Program-made: the position numbers and the translations under genes
In this document: positions 13,506 through 26,339 of the stretch, piece after piece
Numbering within the stretch: the first letter of the stretch is position 1
How the letters are laid out: the number at the start of each line of letters is the position of its first letter
Assembly (NCBI RefSeq): GCF_006345805.1
Contig: NC_042998.1
Coordinates: 111,166,001-111,230,000 of the forward strand
Source of the DNA: Octopus sinensis
Lineage: Eukaryota
Direction of reading: 5' to 3'
Length of the DNA stretch: 64,000 bases
The notes under the pieces: model-generated
The model's database searches: none
What the model was told of the DNA's origin: nothing
What the model saw: the letters and a program-made list of their open reading frames with translations, nothing else

Positions 13506-16036
13506 ATTATTGTAATTTTTTACTTCAGAACATACATTAATTGTATTCTCTGTTGTTAGTACTTGTACTAATAAATTTCAATAATCTCTGTTATATCTCA
13601 ACTATTTAGGGGAAGACTAATTTGAAACTTTGCTGTCACTGGAGGCCGTATATTAGATTTAAGTTGCCATGGTAATCTTATGATAGTTAATACTTGATAT
13701 AACTTACTCTTATATATGTTCCAAACATGTTGCTTCGAGAAATTAAACACCTACAGATAAAACAACTATAATTTTGTCAGGTTTACTCCAAAATCCACGC
13801 ACGTATGCAGGCACATTCACACACACACAAACCTGCACACACAACACGTACACATGCATTTACAATAAAAGCTCTCTACCTTGAACTATCCCATTCTTAC
13901 CACGTTTATCAATTTTGGATAGTTTGCACCCAGCGGATCTGTTAGCTTGACTAAACTCTTAAAATTGTCAAAGATAACCTCTCACTCTACACACTCTCAT
14001 TTTATTTCACTCACTTCTGACATCTCGAAGATATTAGAAAGTGTTCACCTTTATCACCTTGGATTCTGTTTTCTTCTTAACAGCCCACAATATAGTTTAT
14101 AGAGAAGCATATCATGCTTTTCAAATGTCATGCATAAGTATTTTCTCACCCTTGAATGATATTGTTGCCCTGAGGATCATCAAATCATTCAGCCATAGTT
14201 GACGTGATAATGTTATCTAAATTTACCTTCTCATAGCTTCTACTGGTCTCTCATCTCTTGATCTGAAACTTTCCCTAATAGCCGAATAATTCAAGGAATC
14301 TATACCCAAGCTACGTTCCATCAATTAAAGTGTACTCAGGTACTGGCTATGCTTCTCAGCCTTTCCCACCTATATATTAAGCACTGATACTCTGTCTGTC
14401 TGTAAACTCTAACCTCACATACACACACACGCGTGCGCATGCACACGCACACACACAAACACGTGCGCACTACCTACATGCTACCTTCTTGTACTCCACG
14501 TAAACAATGTGCAAATATTTAACAGCTGCGTAATGCATACACAGTATACAGAGAATTCATTTAATGGAAGCATGACAAGTTATTGTTACTCATATTAATG
14601 ACATACACTTTAAATTCACAGACACAAACATCACATTTCTTGAACAACACACTGCTAAATCTCAAACTCACTACAAAAGTTTACTCTCATAAACTTTGAT
14701 GGCTTTCCATCAAACCAGATATTTACAATATTATCAAAACTGCATTTCACTCATATTCCTTTTTCAGAACCAGAATATACTCCAGCCTTGATCAGCAGCT
14801 GAATGTCTACGACAGTCATATGCCTTCAATTTCAGAGCAGCCTTTACATATAAAGGGCAAACATTTTAGATCGGATGAGGTAACATTTATGTTATATACC
14901 CTACACTGATAAGTACAATATAAATATTTTACAATATTTTAACAACTCTGGGAGAACAAAAAGATTGACATAGAATGGCAACTGAAATCAGAACGTAAAG
15001 TGACGTAACTAAAGATTTCTGGTTGTTTGTTCCCGTATTTTACCGACTCTGGTATTCCAAACATTCGTAACAAATATCCTTATTATATTACATAAACTCT
15101 GAAAATTACAGTCCATTTCGTCAACATTATATATGTTCTATTCAGATGGCAATGCTTCTATTATTCACAACTTACTGTTTCTGTATATATACTTACCAAT
15201 TTCTAGGCTTTAAGTTGTGCACTGGATACGATATACTTCAATACATCATAAAGACAAGTAACTGAGTGTTTGATCATTCTGGCACCGATAAAGCATGCAC
15301 CGACAGGTTATTGTGTAAAGATCTAAGCAGATAAATGGAATGCCAGCAATCCTGATATAAATCGTCTACTATGAAACATATCGCTATTAAACTATATTCT
15401 AACGATATTGGTACACAAACATATGCGCGTTCGTTTGTGCTGGAGACAGAATTTGTGTGTGTTCGTATTCATGTTAACTCAAGCTATCACAAATATTTTC
15501 TAAGACTCTGTAACTTCTAATCTATACTTTCCACTGAAATGTGTAACAATACTAAACAGAAAAGATGATTATTTCGCTGTATTTGTTTAATGACCAGTTT
15601 TGGTTACATAAGAAACAAAACATAGTAAAATTTAGACTTTGAATATAGAAGATCATTGGCAGAAAGACATTGCTCGGATAGGTGTCTGGTTTAAAATAAG
15701 GATTGGCTTCGATTTGATCCTCTAAACATTTTAAAGTGGCACGTCAGCAACATGTTTAAAAAGACCCATAGCTGGTGCAATATTTCACCCTATGAAATTG
15801 TATCAACTACTTTTTTTATAAAAAGGCGTTGTCCTATCATTTAGCCATTTATTACATACACGAACTAATACAAATACACACATACACACACAGATATGCT
15901 TCTGTGTGTGTGTGTGTGTGTGTGTGCAATATTTGAATTCATTTCAGTTCTTCTGAGTGACGCTGAGTGTAGCAAAATATGCGGATAAGACTATCAACCA
16001 TGGTGTTGACATAATTTGTAACACATTTAGCTATAT

Positions 16037-16065
16037 ACTAACCGATATACCCGGCGTTGCTCGGG
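16037..16065 (-). mobile_element. Helitron/Helentron-like terminal hairpin (short remnant)
   Basis: Minus strand cccgagcaacgccgggtatatcggttagt: a GC hairpin followed by a CTAGT-like end. Short, so support is weak. Confidence 0.35.
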
Positions 16066-16095
16066 ATTAAAATGGCATAGTTTTTTATAGTTTTA

Positions 16096-16340
16096 CTTGT
16101 TTCAGTCATGTGAGTCCGGCTACACTGGAGCACCGCCTATAGTCTAAGAAATCGACACCAGGATATATTCTTTGTAAGCTTATACTTATTCTATCGGTGT
16201 GTTTTGCCAAACAGCTAAGTTACAGGGACGTAAACACAGCAACATTGGTTGTCAAGTGATGATGGGGTTACAAATACAACACACACACACACACATAAAC
16301 ATACACATATATACGACAGTCTTCTTCCAGTTTCCGAGTA
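16096..16340 (-). mobile_element. SINE body and tail, same family as 19117-19500, head missing
   Basis: ctaagttacagggacgtaaacacagcaacattggttgtcaagtgatg is the reverse complement of the 19355-19405 segment. Confidence 0.7.
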
Positions 16341-16834
16341 CGTGAATTTCAAGTTTCCGGGTAAGTGAATTTCAATCGTTGTAGATTGCACTTACTTGAT
16401 TGTATCGTCCGTTAAAGTGTTTTTGTTGTTTTTTTAATGGAAATTTATGTATGATTGAATAGTTAACGTTCACGTTCAGAACGTTGAATAAATTTTTACA
16501 ATCTAGCCGTCTTTCACACGGAATTTCGTCTTTTACCAAACCAAAGACCCTGAGGTGACTATATATATAATGGAACTGTGACGATGTACATCAGGAAAAA
16601 ATATATAAAAGTCGAAACAATTTCTAGGCCTTTTACGGTTTTTATAAATATTTATATAATATAATGTTATGTTATATATTATATTCATTGCATTTAATGT
16701 AATATTGTAATATAAATAAATTATTGGATAGTCTATAGAATATTCCTATATTTAACATATATATATAATCTATATATTATATTTATAATATATATTATAA
16801 TATATTTAATATATATATATAATATATTATATAT

Positions 16835-16879
<45 letters not shown>

Positions 16880-16882
16880 TAC

Positions 16883-17048
16883 TATCATAGTAATTATGAT
16901 TAAATGTATGCATTGTCATTCTTATCAGTGTGAAGAATGTTTGGAAGGACATCAAAAAAGGCTTTTAAACCTTTTTTGATGTCCTTCCAAAAAATCTTCA
17001 CACAGATGAAAAGGACAATGCATAAATTTAATTATAATTACTATGATA
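16883..17048. repeat. ~166-bp palindrome adjacent to (TA)n
   Basis: Arms tatcatagtaattat...ggaaggacatcaaaaaagg and ccttttttgatgtccttcc...ataattactatgata around an 8-nt loop (cttttaaa). Confidence 0.88.
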
Positions 17049-17374
17049 ATATTTTTTTATTACATATTTGTATTGTCCTTTGAAGCACGCGTATGTATTG
17101 AATCCTAATTTGTATTAAATCTAATTTTGATGGAACAATTTTTCTCCTCCATTTATCTATAAGTAAATTTTGTATGTTTATAAATATAACGATATTTTTC
17201 AACTGCTATCTTCATATTTTTATTACTCTGGCTGTCTTTATGAATATGATGAATCTTTATTACAATTCATTCTTTCTCTCTTTTTGGATCTCTCAAAATG
17301 TTTGAATTGTTCATTTTTTAACTTATTTGTTCCCATATATATACATATATGTATATATATGCATACATATATAC

Positions 17375-17457
<83 letters not shown>

Positions 17458-17459
17458 TA

Positions 17460-17497
<38 letters not shown>

Positions 17498-17505
17498 GTA
17501 TATGA

Positions 17506-17543
<38 letters not shown>

Positions 17544-17561
17544 TACATATATGGAGGCGGA

Positions 17562-17895
17562 GACCCCTTTCGGTCATGAAGGACCAAGGGATTGCACCTA
17601 GAATGTTACCCTCCGAGTCACAGGTCCGGGCAAGGTTGTTTGTGGAAGGCCAGCAGTCGCCCATGCATACCAGCCTCCCCTCTCCACACCACTGATGTTA
17701 TCGAAGGGAAAGGCAAAGGCCGATACAGCTTGGCACCAGTGATGTCGCAACTCATTTCTACAGCTGAGTGAACTGGAGCAACGTGAAATAAAGTGTCTTG
17801 CTCAAGAACACAACACGCAGCCCAGTTCGGGAATCGAACTCACAATCTCACGATCGTAAGCTCCACGATCCAACCACTGAGCCATGCGGCTTCAC
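17562..17895 (-). mobile_element. tRNA-derived SINE with a MetaSINE-like central domain and a probable LINE-derived tail
   Basis: Minus head gtgaagccgcatggctcagtggttgg...gagttcgattccc (A and B boxes), then gtgttcttgagcaagacactttatttcac. The domain assignment is from memory. Confidence 0.8.
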
Positions 17896-18029
17896 ATACA
17901 TAATATATATGTATATACATATATACACATATGTATACAGATATATATGCATATATGTATATATATATATAGATATATATATACGCATGTATATGTATAT
18001 ATATATATGCACATATACATATATATATA

Positions 18030-18072
<43 letters not shown>

Positions 18073-18100
18073 CATGTATATTCACTAACATATATACATG

Positions 18101-18142
<42 letters not shown>

Positions 18143-18569
18143 TTCAGCAAAATTTAGATTCAGATGAATATGGTACTTAAGTCAATGGCACCAGAATGTT
18201 GTGTGCTATTATCCATATAAATCCATGGGGTTATTTCAATCAAAATAAGCAACAAGTATATCCGAAGTAATGTGGTACGATCGTTTCATGCTACTTCATT
18301 TTATTAAACACTGTAAGTATTACATCAGTTTTAAAATGTCAAGCAATCTTCAGCGACCTATAGAAAGTTTCCAATCAAACGGACAATGCACATTCTTATC
18401 CCTATTTCATTTGCCAATATTATTTGCCAACATGATAATATAAATAATATAAATGATAAAAATATGATGTGGAATGTGAGAAAAGTGGGAAAAAATCAAT
18501 AACTAACAACCCCAACTTATATAACAATATCACTATAGATAAAGGAACTAACATTAACGTAGCGGGAGA

Positions 18570-18805
18570 CAAAATACCTATTTCTTTACTACCGACAAGG
18601 GGCTAAACACAGAGAGGACAAGAACAGGCAAACGGATTAAGTCGATTATATCGAGCCCAGAGCGTAAATGGTACTTATTTAATCGACCCCGAAAAGATGA
18701 AAGGCAAAATCGACCTCGGCGGAATTTGAACTCAGAACGTAACGACAGACGAAATACCGCTAAGCATTTCGCCCGGCGTGCTAACGTTTCTGCCAGCTCG
18801 CCGCC
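18570..18805 (-). mobile_element. tRNA-derived SINE with a Deu/Nin-like domain
   Basis: Minus head ggcggcgagctggcagaaacgttagc...gagttcaaattcc, then gcctttcatcttttcggggtcgattaaataagtacc. Confidence 0.82.
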
Positions 18806-19032
18806 TTGTTACCTTTAATATTCAGATCTACACTGTGTTTCAAGCGCTCCCATTTATGATACTCGTAGAGTGCATTATTCATAAATGTACGTGGTTATAG
18901 ACTGAATTTGAAATTGAAAATCTTGTTCTAGAACGAAAGACACACACGCAGTGTGTGCCTCTCTCTCTGTATGTGCGCGTGTGCCCGTGCATAAATATTT
19001 GTGTATGTATGTATGTATGTCAGCATGCATGC

Positions 19033-19105
<73 letters not shown>

Positions 19106-19116
19106 TACACATATAT

Positions 19117-19500
19117 GCGTGGCTGTACGGTAAGAAGCTTGCCTCCCAACCACTCATATGGTGCCACGGTTAAGTCTCACTTCGTGGCACCATGGGCAAC
19201 TGTCTTCTACTAATGCCTCGGGATGACCAAACCCTTGTTAGTGGATTTGGTAGCCAGAAACGTAAAGAAGCTCGTTCAACACAAATACACACACACACAT
19301 ATATATATACATGCGTTTGTAGGTGTGTGTACTTGTATCTGTGTTTGTCCCCTCCATCACCGCTTGACAATCAGTGTTGGTGTGTTTACGTTACCGTAAC
19401 TTAGCAGTTCGTTGAAAAGAACCGATAGAATATATCCTATACTCAAAAACCATTAGTCCTGAGGTCGATCTGTTCTACTAATAACCCTTCAATATTTTCA
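19117..19500 (+). mobile_element. tRNA-derived SINE with internal CA/TA microsatellite
   Basis: Head gtggctgtacggtaagaagcttgcctcccaaccac..., body ggcaactgtcttctact...gtggatttggtag, tail gaaccgatagaata. Confidence 0.75.
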
Positions 19501-19518
19501 GAATATGATTATTCAATT

Positions 19519-19629
<111 letters not shown>

Positions 19630-19956
19630 TTTGTATATTAAGAGAGTAAACGTACACAGAGCACAAAGACACAGAAAATTTAAGGGTGTATGATGTTACA
19701 AGTTCCACTGCAGTTTCTAAGGGCACAGAGTTATTTCAAAATGTTGGTATATGTTCACAAAAATATGCTACCAGTAATGGAAGTAAATAAATAGTCTTGA
19801 TTCGGCCTCCGCCTTCGGACACTCTTTACCCTGTGCAATTGGTCCTCAGTAAAGTTTTCGGAGTGTAAGTTCAAATCATTTGAGCACAAGTAAGTTTTTT
19901 TTTTCTGTATTAAGAATCTCTGGACCTCATCTGTTTACCCCCTCTCTTTCTCACTC

Positions 19957-20031
<75 letters not shown>

Positions 20032-21184
20032 GTCTATCTAAACATATTAACAGCAAAACCTTTAGATTATTCCGTCGATGATTAATCATGTGCGAAATTG
20101 GATACCTTATAACACCCACAATTCTTCTTGGTCCAATAGATTAGGAAAGATACATACTTAAATGAAATCACAATTCTCAGTGTCCTTAGTTACTCGAATC
20201 ACATAAAATCTTCTGTCACATATGTTTTTATTTATTTATTTATTTATTTTCGAATGACAAGAGTATTCCAATTTTATTATTTTTTATTCTCCCATTTTCC
20301 TACTTTGTTCCTTTATTTTCATTGTATTTTACTCCTGTTATTTCGTGCTGCATTGGTCTTATATTTATTTCGTTTTATTTTACTTATCTGCTTCACTTAT
20401 ATCCTGTGTAATTTACGAAGCCACCTTCTTTATGAATCATAGCTTACCAAACCATTTCAAATGTGCCATGAACCTAGTCATATATTCTAGAGCTTATGCC
20501 GTCTTAGTTCTACTGTGACATTATATTTTTGACTACTATTTCCAACCATTATTGTTATATATCCTGTACTTATAAGAATTTCTGTGACGAATTAGATAGA
20601 TTTTGATGCTACATATTTAAAATCATTGGAAATGCCCCAGTTACGTACGGTTTCTATATATTCAAATAATTTCCCTAACGTAGTGTGCAATATATAATAT
20701 TGATCACAAAAAGCCAACCACTGATCCTATCTAAGTTGTATCAAAGTTCTATACTGAACATTTATACTATTCACCCATCGCAAAGATCTTCCTTGGCATA
20801 GCGTTTAAAATATTGTAGTAATAGCAAAAAGCTGGCCGTTGGACCTAGTTCGGGTGCTGGATTTCAAATTTCGATACTGGATGTTAATAGTATTCAAACA
20901 CGGCAGGAGAGAAAATTAGCTTAAGAATGATGACTAGAAACTAGCGACTCCCTTCCTGGTCTTTCTCTCCTCTTTTCTTCTTTCTTTCCATTGGTAGTTG
21001 AGTTGATGGACTCTGATGAAGATAGCGCTCAACAGCCGTTCACTATGTTTTTAATCGACGAGGAAAGCACCAAAAATTATATCTGAAACGGCTATAAATT
21101 CACAAACAAGTGTATAAAGCCCATTATTTGTTCCTATTATACACGTTGCTCGGGCTAAATATAACGATAGTTTGTTCTCAGTTT

Positions 21185-21395
21185 CTGGCCTCTTAATTCG
21201 TTCGATTGTAATCCCAAAGATAACTATGTGTGAGGTGCAGTTAGGAAACACACCAATCGCTATGCTTGCAACATAAAGGCCAAGATGAAGGAGGTATTCG
21301 AAGATCATATCAGGGACACAGTGAGAAGCTCATATGCCAAGTTCAAGAACCGTTGTGAGGCCATGATGGAAGCTGGGGGCAGGTACTTTGAGTAA
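21185..21395 (+). mobile_element. maT-like Tc1/mariner transposase C-terminal remnant
   Basis: Translates to a decayed DCNP.D.YVWGAV motif and ...KEVFEDHIRDTVRSSYAKFKNRCEAMMEAGGRYFE*. Confidence 0.7.
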
Positions 21396-21455
21396 ACCGT
21401 ATGCGGTCAGGATGCAGAATGCACTTTTGCCAAAGGACAAGAAGCTGAAGTCAAG

Positions 21456-21535
21456 AAGCTGAACGGACATGAAGTCGAACGGACACAATGTCGAACGGGC
21501 ATAAAGCCGAACGGGCATAAAGCCGAACGGACACT
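21456..21535. repeat. Five tandem copies of a 16-bp unit (aagccgaacgggcata consensus)
   Basis: aagctgaacggacatg, aagtcgaacggacaca, atgtcgaacgggcata, aagccgaacgggcata, aagccgaacggacact. Confidence 0.85.
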
Positions 21536-22139
21536 AATTAAAAAGAAAAAAACTCTTCTATCTACATAGTTTCAGGACCAATTCACCAATTTAGCACTTA
21601 AGATTTAACGAGTTTAGATTTATCCTTTTTTTGCCAACTGTTAATTTTAGCTCGAAAACTCTATATTTGCATATGTATATGACATTTTTGGTGACTTCCG
21701 TCGCTGGTGGAATAAGAGGGTTTAATCATTTTCAAATGGGATGTCTGGCTGAAATACTTGCGACAATTTGTACTCCACTGCGGGAACGTATTACCTTGGA
21801 GGTAGAGATATGTCATCATATTAAATGAACCACCCATTTAGTAAGCAGAGTACTTATTATAGCGAAAGTATTTGTTTTAGTTATTGTTATTGTTTCTTTT
21901 GGCATTTTTGCTGTTGTTGCTGTTCTTATTATTCTTACTTTACTTGTGTTGTAATGAGTTTTCATTGTTCTTGTTATTAATGTTGTTATCGCTGTTATTA
22001 TTCCTAATGTTGACGTTCTTTTTTTATTGATGCTACCGTTCTTGCTTTTTGTTGTCGTTATTGTTACCCTTGTTGTTACTGCAATTCTTGTCGCTGTTAC
22101 TTTTGCTTTTGTTGTTGCTGTTGTTATTGTTTTGTACTT

Positions 22140-22192
22140 GTCGTTGTCGTCGTCGCCGTCGTCGTTATTGTTGTTGTTGCTGCTGCTGCAGT

Positions 22193-22226
<34 letters not shown>

Positions 22227-22305
22227 GATGATGATGATGATTGTGGTGGTGGGGGTGGGGGTAGTGGTGGCGGCGGCGGTGATGATGATGATGATGATGA
22301 TGATG
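22140..22305. repeat. Compound trinucleotide simple repeat (GTC, TTG, CTG, GAT, GTG, GCG)
   Basis: Seen directly. Confidence 0.9.
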
Positions 22306-23674
22306 TTCCTTTTTATTATTTTCTTCTTCCCTTAGTTGATGCTTGTTAGTGCTTGCATGAATGTAACAAAAATATTTACTTCGAGTCAGAATTTTGGAAA
22401 TCTATTGTGATTTATGTACAGTTATTATCGTGTGTTTTGATAACGATGTGTTTTAGGCATTTGGGAGCTGAAAATCGATATAAGGTCGATGGCAATCGAT
22501 CATGTTGAACGCAAAATCTTACCACTATTGGCCATAGATGTTTCTTACGCGACAACCACTTTAGAAAAGCCGTCAAAGAACAAAGCTTTGTTTTACTATA
22601 TGTTTTTATATTCCTCGTAAAGAACTTTCTTGAAAACAAAGCTATACATTTATACTTTACTGTTTTTATGTTTTTGTGTTTGGACAACCTTTTAGAAAAG
22701 CTGCAGCCGATAAAACATCTCTCTATTTTTTGCCCAGAAACTTCTATAACGCTAACACAGAGACAGAAATAAAGAGAGAAACAGACGGACAGACGTAGAG
22801 AGGGCAAGAGAGAGAGAGAGAGAATATGACAAATACTGCATTGCATGTCGGTAAAGTATTAGGTTTGGAGCCTGTTGTTTCTTTTCCTTTTCTTTCTTTT
22901 TTTGTTCTAAAAATGCCCAAGATAATTCGTACTCAGTGTACGTGTTTTATTAATGCAATGTGTATGTGAGGGTATGTGTATTTATAGTTTCGCAGGTGTG
23001 TACGTTTTTCAGAGTGTGCGTGTGCATGTGCATGCGTGTATCTGTCTTTGTATATAATAGTGAGAGTAGATATGTACAAGTGTTTTTATATATGTGTGTT
23101 GTAATTAGAGTACGGTAATATGAAATGCATATCTTTTAGAACAACCGACTGAAAAATATGTTAGCAAATTTATTGCCTAACCGTCCTTATTCGAAAAAAG
23201 GCTTCGGTGTATGTCATTCATAAAGGAAAGGAATACTGTATAATAGTAACAATGCTAACAGAAAATAGCTTAAATAATTTTCTGCAACACATCTAACGCA
23301 TTTTAAAGGTTGTAAAGTTAATAAAGTAATAGTTATTAAATACAATATTGTACACGTTGTTCAAGGGTTCTTGATATTTTAGAAATTTATGCTCGGGATA
23401 CTAACATTCACCCCATCCACACACACACACATACAAACAAAGGTATGCATACAGGTATACATACATACGTAAATAAATTAATATAAACCACACATAGCCT
23501 CACACCTTTCCACACGTGTAAGTATATAAGTATATATGTGTATATGTAAGTCCTTATCGAGTTTATTTCAAGATTTCTTGCCAACAGAGAAAGAATCGGT
23601 TTTTAACCTAGAGCCGAGCCTCCTTCATTGGAATTTCAAAATCAAAAACAGGGTATTTTCGTTTGTATATATGA

Positions 23675-23897
23675 ATGTATGTATGTATGCATGTATGTAT
23701 GTATGTATGTATGTATGTATGTATGTATGTATGTATGTATGTATGTATGTACGTACGTATGTATGTATGTATGTATGTATGCATGCATGCATGTATGTAT
23801 GTATGTATGTATGTATGTATGTATGTATGTATGTATGTATGTATGTATGTATGTATGTATGTATGTGCGTATGTACATATGTACGTATGTACGTATG
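23675..23897. repeat. (TATG)n/(CATA)n microsatellite at the 3' end of a REL LINE
   Basis: Seen directly; the array degenerates toward the LINE junction. Confidence 0.95.
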
Positions 23898-23898
23898 C

Positions 23899-24807
23899 GT
23901 GTAGATTTATATGTTTTGTTTTATGTATGTATTCTCATGCATATTGTTCATATCTAGACATACTCATATATATTTAAATGATAAACTTCTGGAAACTTTT
24001 ACAGATTTTACAGTTCCAATGATGGATTAGATGTGTAGTCTTTGAATTAGCTTTCTTCTTTCTGATTTTGAGATGCCTAATTTCTCAAGATTGGTATTTA
24101 GGCAGTGTGTTACATATCCCAGTACCCCAATAATTACAGGTATAAACTTGAACTTGTAATCTGGATGGAGTAACTGCAGATTTCTCAGTAATTCTGCGTA
24201 GATATCTTTTTCACTGATATTCAGCTTTATGTTAACATCCGCTGGGTACCTAATATCCACAAATGTACACAGTTTCTCTTCTCTGTCCCAAATCTTGTTA
24301 TCAGGCGTGTTGTGCTTACATTTTATTCAGGTCTTCACTGGGACGTTCAACCAGTACTCCATTTTTTATTGTGAGTGGTTATGGCTTCTACCATATTGTG
24401 GGTTCTTATTTCTTTGTCCTCGGGGTTATCCTTCCGACGAATTTCATTACAGAGTGTCCTAGCTACAATATCATATCTCGTTGCTAGATAATATATACAA
24501 TAATTCCATTATTATTATAATACCGTGATGACATTTTCGAACAACTGCTCATGATGTGTGTGATATCTTCGGTGTTAACTCCACAAAGTCTGCATAAGTT
24601 GTCACATTTTACTGCTTTTCCTGCATCTCTATCCCTTTTGTGCATGAGGTATTTGATTGATATTTCCTGTTCCTAGATTGCAAACGTATACCCTTCAAAG
24701 TGGCAGGTAATAATCCGGCGATCGGTCCATGATAGACTGCTTTGATGATTAATGTTACTGTCATCTCGGAGCTTTCTACCAACATATCCATGCTTAGTCT
24801 ACTGCTC
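23899..24807 (-). mobile_element. 5'-truncated non-LTR retrotransposon with CCHC knuckle and restriction-like endonuclease (R4/Dong-like)
   Basis: Minus-strand pieces FEGYTFAI*EQEISIKYL, CRLCGVNTEDITHIMSSC (CCHC), DIRYPADVNIK...EK..YAEL and FIPVIIGVLGYV...GTVK (REL). A ~90-nt 3' UTR follows, then (CATA)n. Confidence 0.85.
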
Positions 24808-24856
24808 GTATGCATGTGTGTATGTATGTATGTATGTATGTATTATGTATGTATGT
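24808..24856. repeat. (TATG)n at the 5' junction of the REL LINE fragment
   Basis: Seen directly. Confidence 0.9.
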
Positions 24857-25879
24857 ACGTGTAGCTTCAGTGGATAAGGGATATGTTGCTTGTGATTAAA
24901 ATGAAATGAGATATCGTGTTATAGGTTTTGGCATTTGGGGAAAATCAGATTTAGTAATTTGTGCTTCAAAATTTCTACTTTAGATTTTATAGAGAATTTC
25001 TTGATTACAATTCCGTTTCAATTTTCATTTAACTATTATAAATAGAATGACGGTATAATTTGAATATCTATATGTATCATTGTTGATGTTGGCAAAGGCA
25101 AGATCATCACAGCATCGCAGTTACACCTCCATAAAAAAACAGGATCTTTTTACAATATAAAAACAATTATTTTTTTCTCTTTTCTCCTTTCTCCTCCCTC
25201 CTCCTCTCCTTCTCTCACACTTTCCTCCATTCACTTTACCACTGATATATTTCCCCCTTTCTCACGCCCTCCCATCTTTAGATTTCAGTCGATGAGGTTT
25301 GACTTGCACCACGACAACTACTCACCAGCATGCAAGCCTGGACAAGACTTTGGTATAGAAGATTCACAGCTACTCATCGTAACAGTTTCGAAGAAGTGGT
25401 TTCTCATGCGAATTTTGAATAGAGAAGGGCGAAACAAATACCACACAATATGTTGAACACTTACAATCTTTCAATCCACATTGTAAAACGGCATTTTATT
25501 TTATTGGAATCCGGAAAGAAACAACGCAAAGCATGATCTCGGTAATATTGGAATCTCGATCTTAAAGGTCCCTAACAGTCTGGTATTCAAATAATTCCGC
25601 CATTTAGCATCTATAATTAGCTATTAATACACTAAATATGTACAAGAGATAATCAAATCTACTAAAGCTCTTCCTACGCAGACCACTGAGTAGACCAATG
25701 AGTAGAACTAGGTGTGAGTGTGTGTGTGTGTGTGTGTGGATGAGTGGGTGTGTGTTGTAAAATAAGGAACGAACTATACTTCAGAACATTTTATGGTAGG
25801 TTAAAACACCAACTTGCTTCATTATATAGTCACAGACAATAGATGTATCCAGTCAATTTCATACTCTACAATTAACAGA

Positions 25880-25917
<38 letters not shown>

Positions 25918-26086
25918 TGCATATATACATATATACATATATATATATGGTTGCCTTGTTAAAGTATAAGTATATATGTGTGTGCTTGTGTGTGTGTCAG
26001 TGTGTGTGTGTACGTGCGAGTATAACTATCTACCTTTCTGTCTGTCTGTCTATTTATCTATCTATCTATCTACCTATATAGATAGG

Positions 26087-26201
<115 letters not shown>

Positions 26202-26211
26202 TCATAGTCGC

Positions 26212-26266
<55 letters not shown>

Positions 26267-26339
26267 ATATATATATATATATATCAGAAATTAAAAAAGG
26301 AAAATACACACACTTTACAGATCTTTACAGGTCTTTATT

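Noticed and set aside
16546-16630. Hammerhead-like ctgaggtgact...agtcgaaacaatttctagg
   Set aside because: The core is not CUGANGA, the GUH triplet is missing a base and stem I is only 2-3 bp. At best a fossil.
17170-19213. Many ORFs rich in YI, IY, CV or MYVC repeats (also 23536-23977, 28093-28448 and 53356-54577)
   Set aside because: They are translations of (TA)n, (CA)n and (TATG)n microsatellites, which lack stop codons in some frames. No protein signal.
21013-21095. CTGATGA...tatctGAAAC as a hammerhead
   Set aside because: Stem II can pair, but there is no stem III with NUH and no stem I partner for ggact.
21456-21535. CRISPR-like array
   Set aside because: The units are directly adjacent with no unique spacers, the context is eukaryotic, and there are no cas genes.
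22027-22335. Hydrophobic 102-aa ORF resembling a membrane protein; poly-His/Gln on the opposite strand
   Set aside because: It is produced by trinucleotide simple repeats; I see no supported splice sites or domain.
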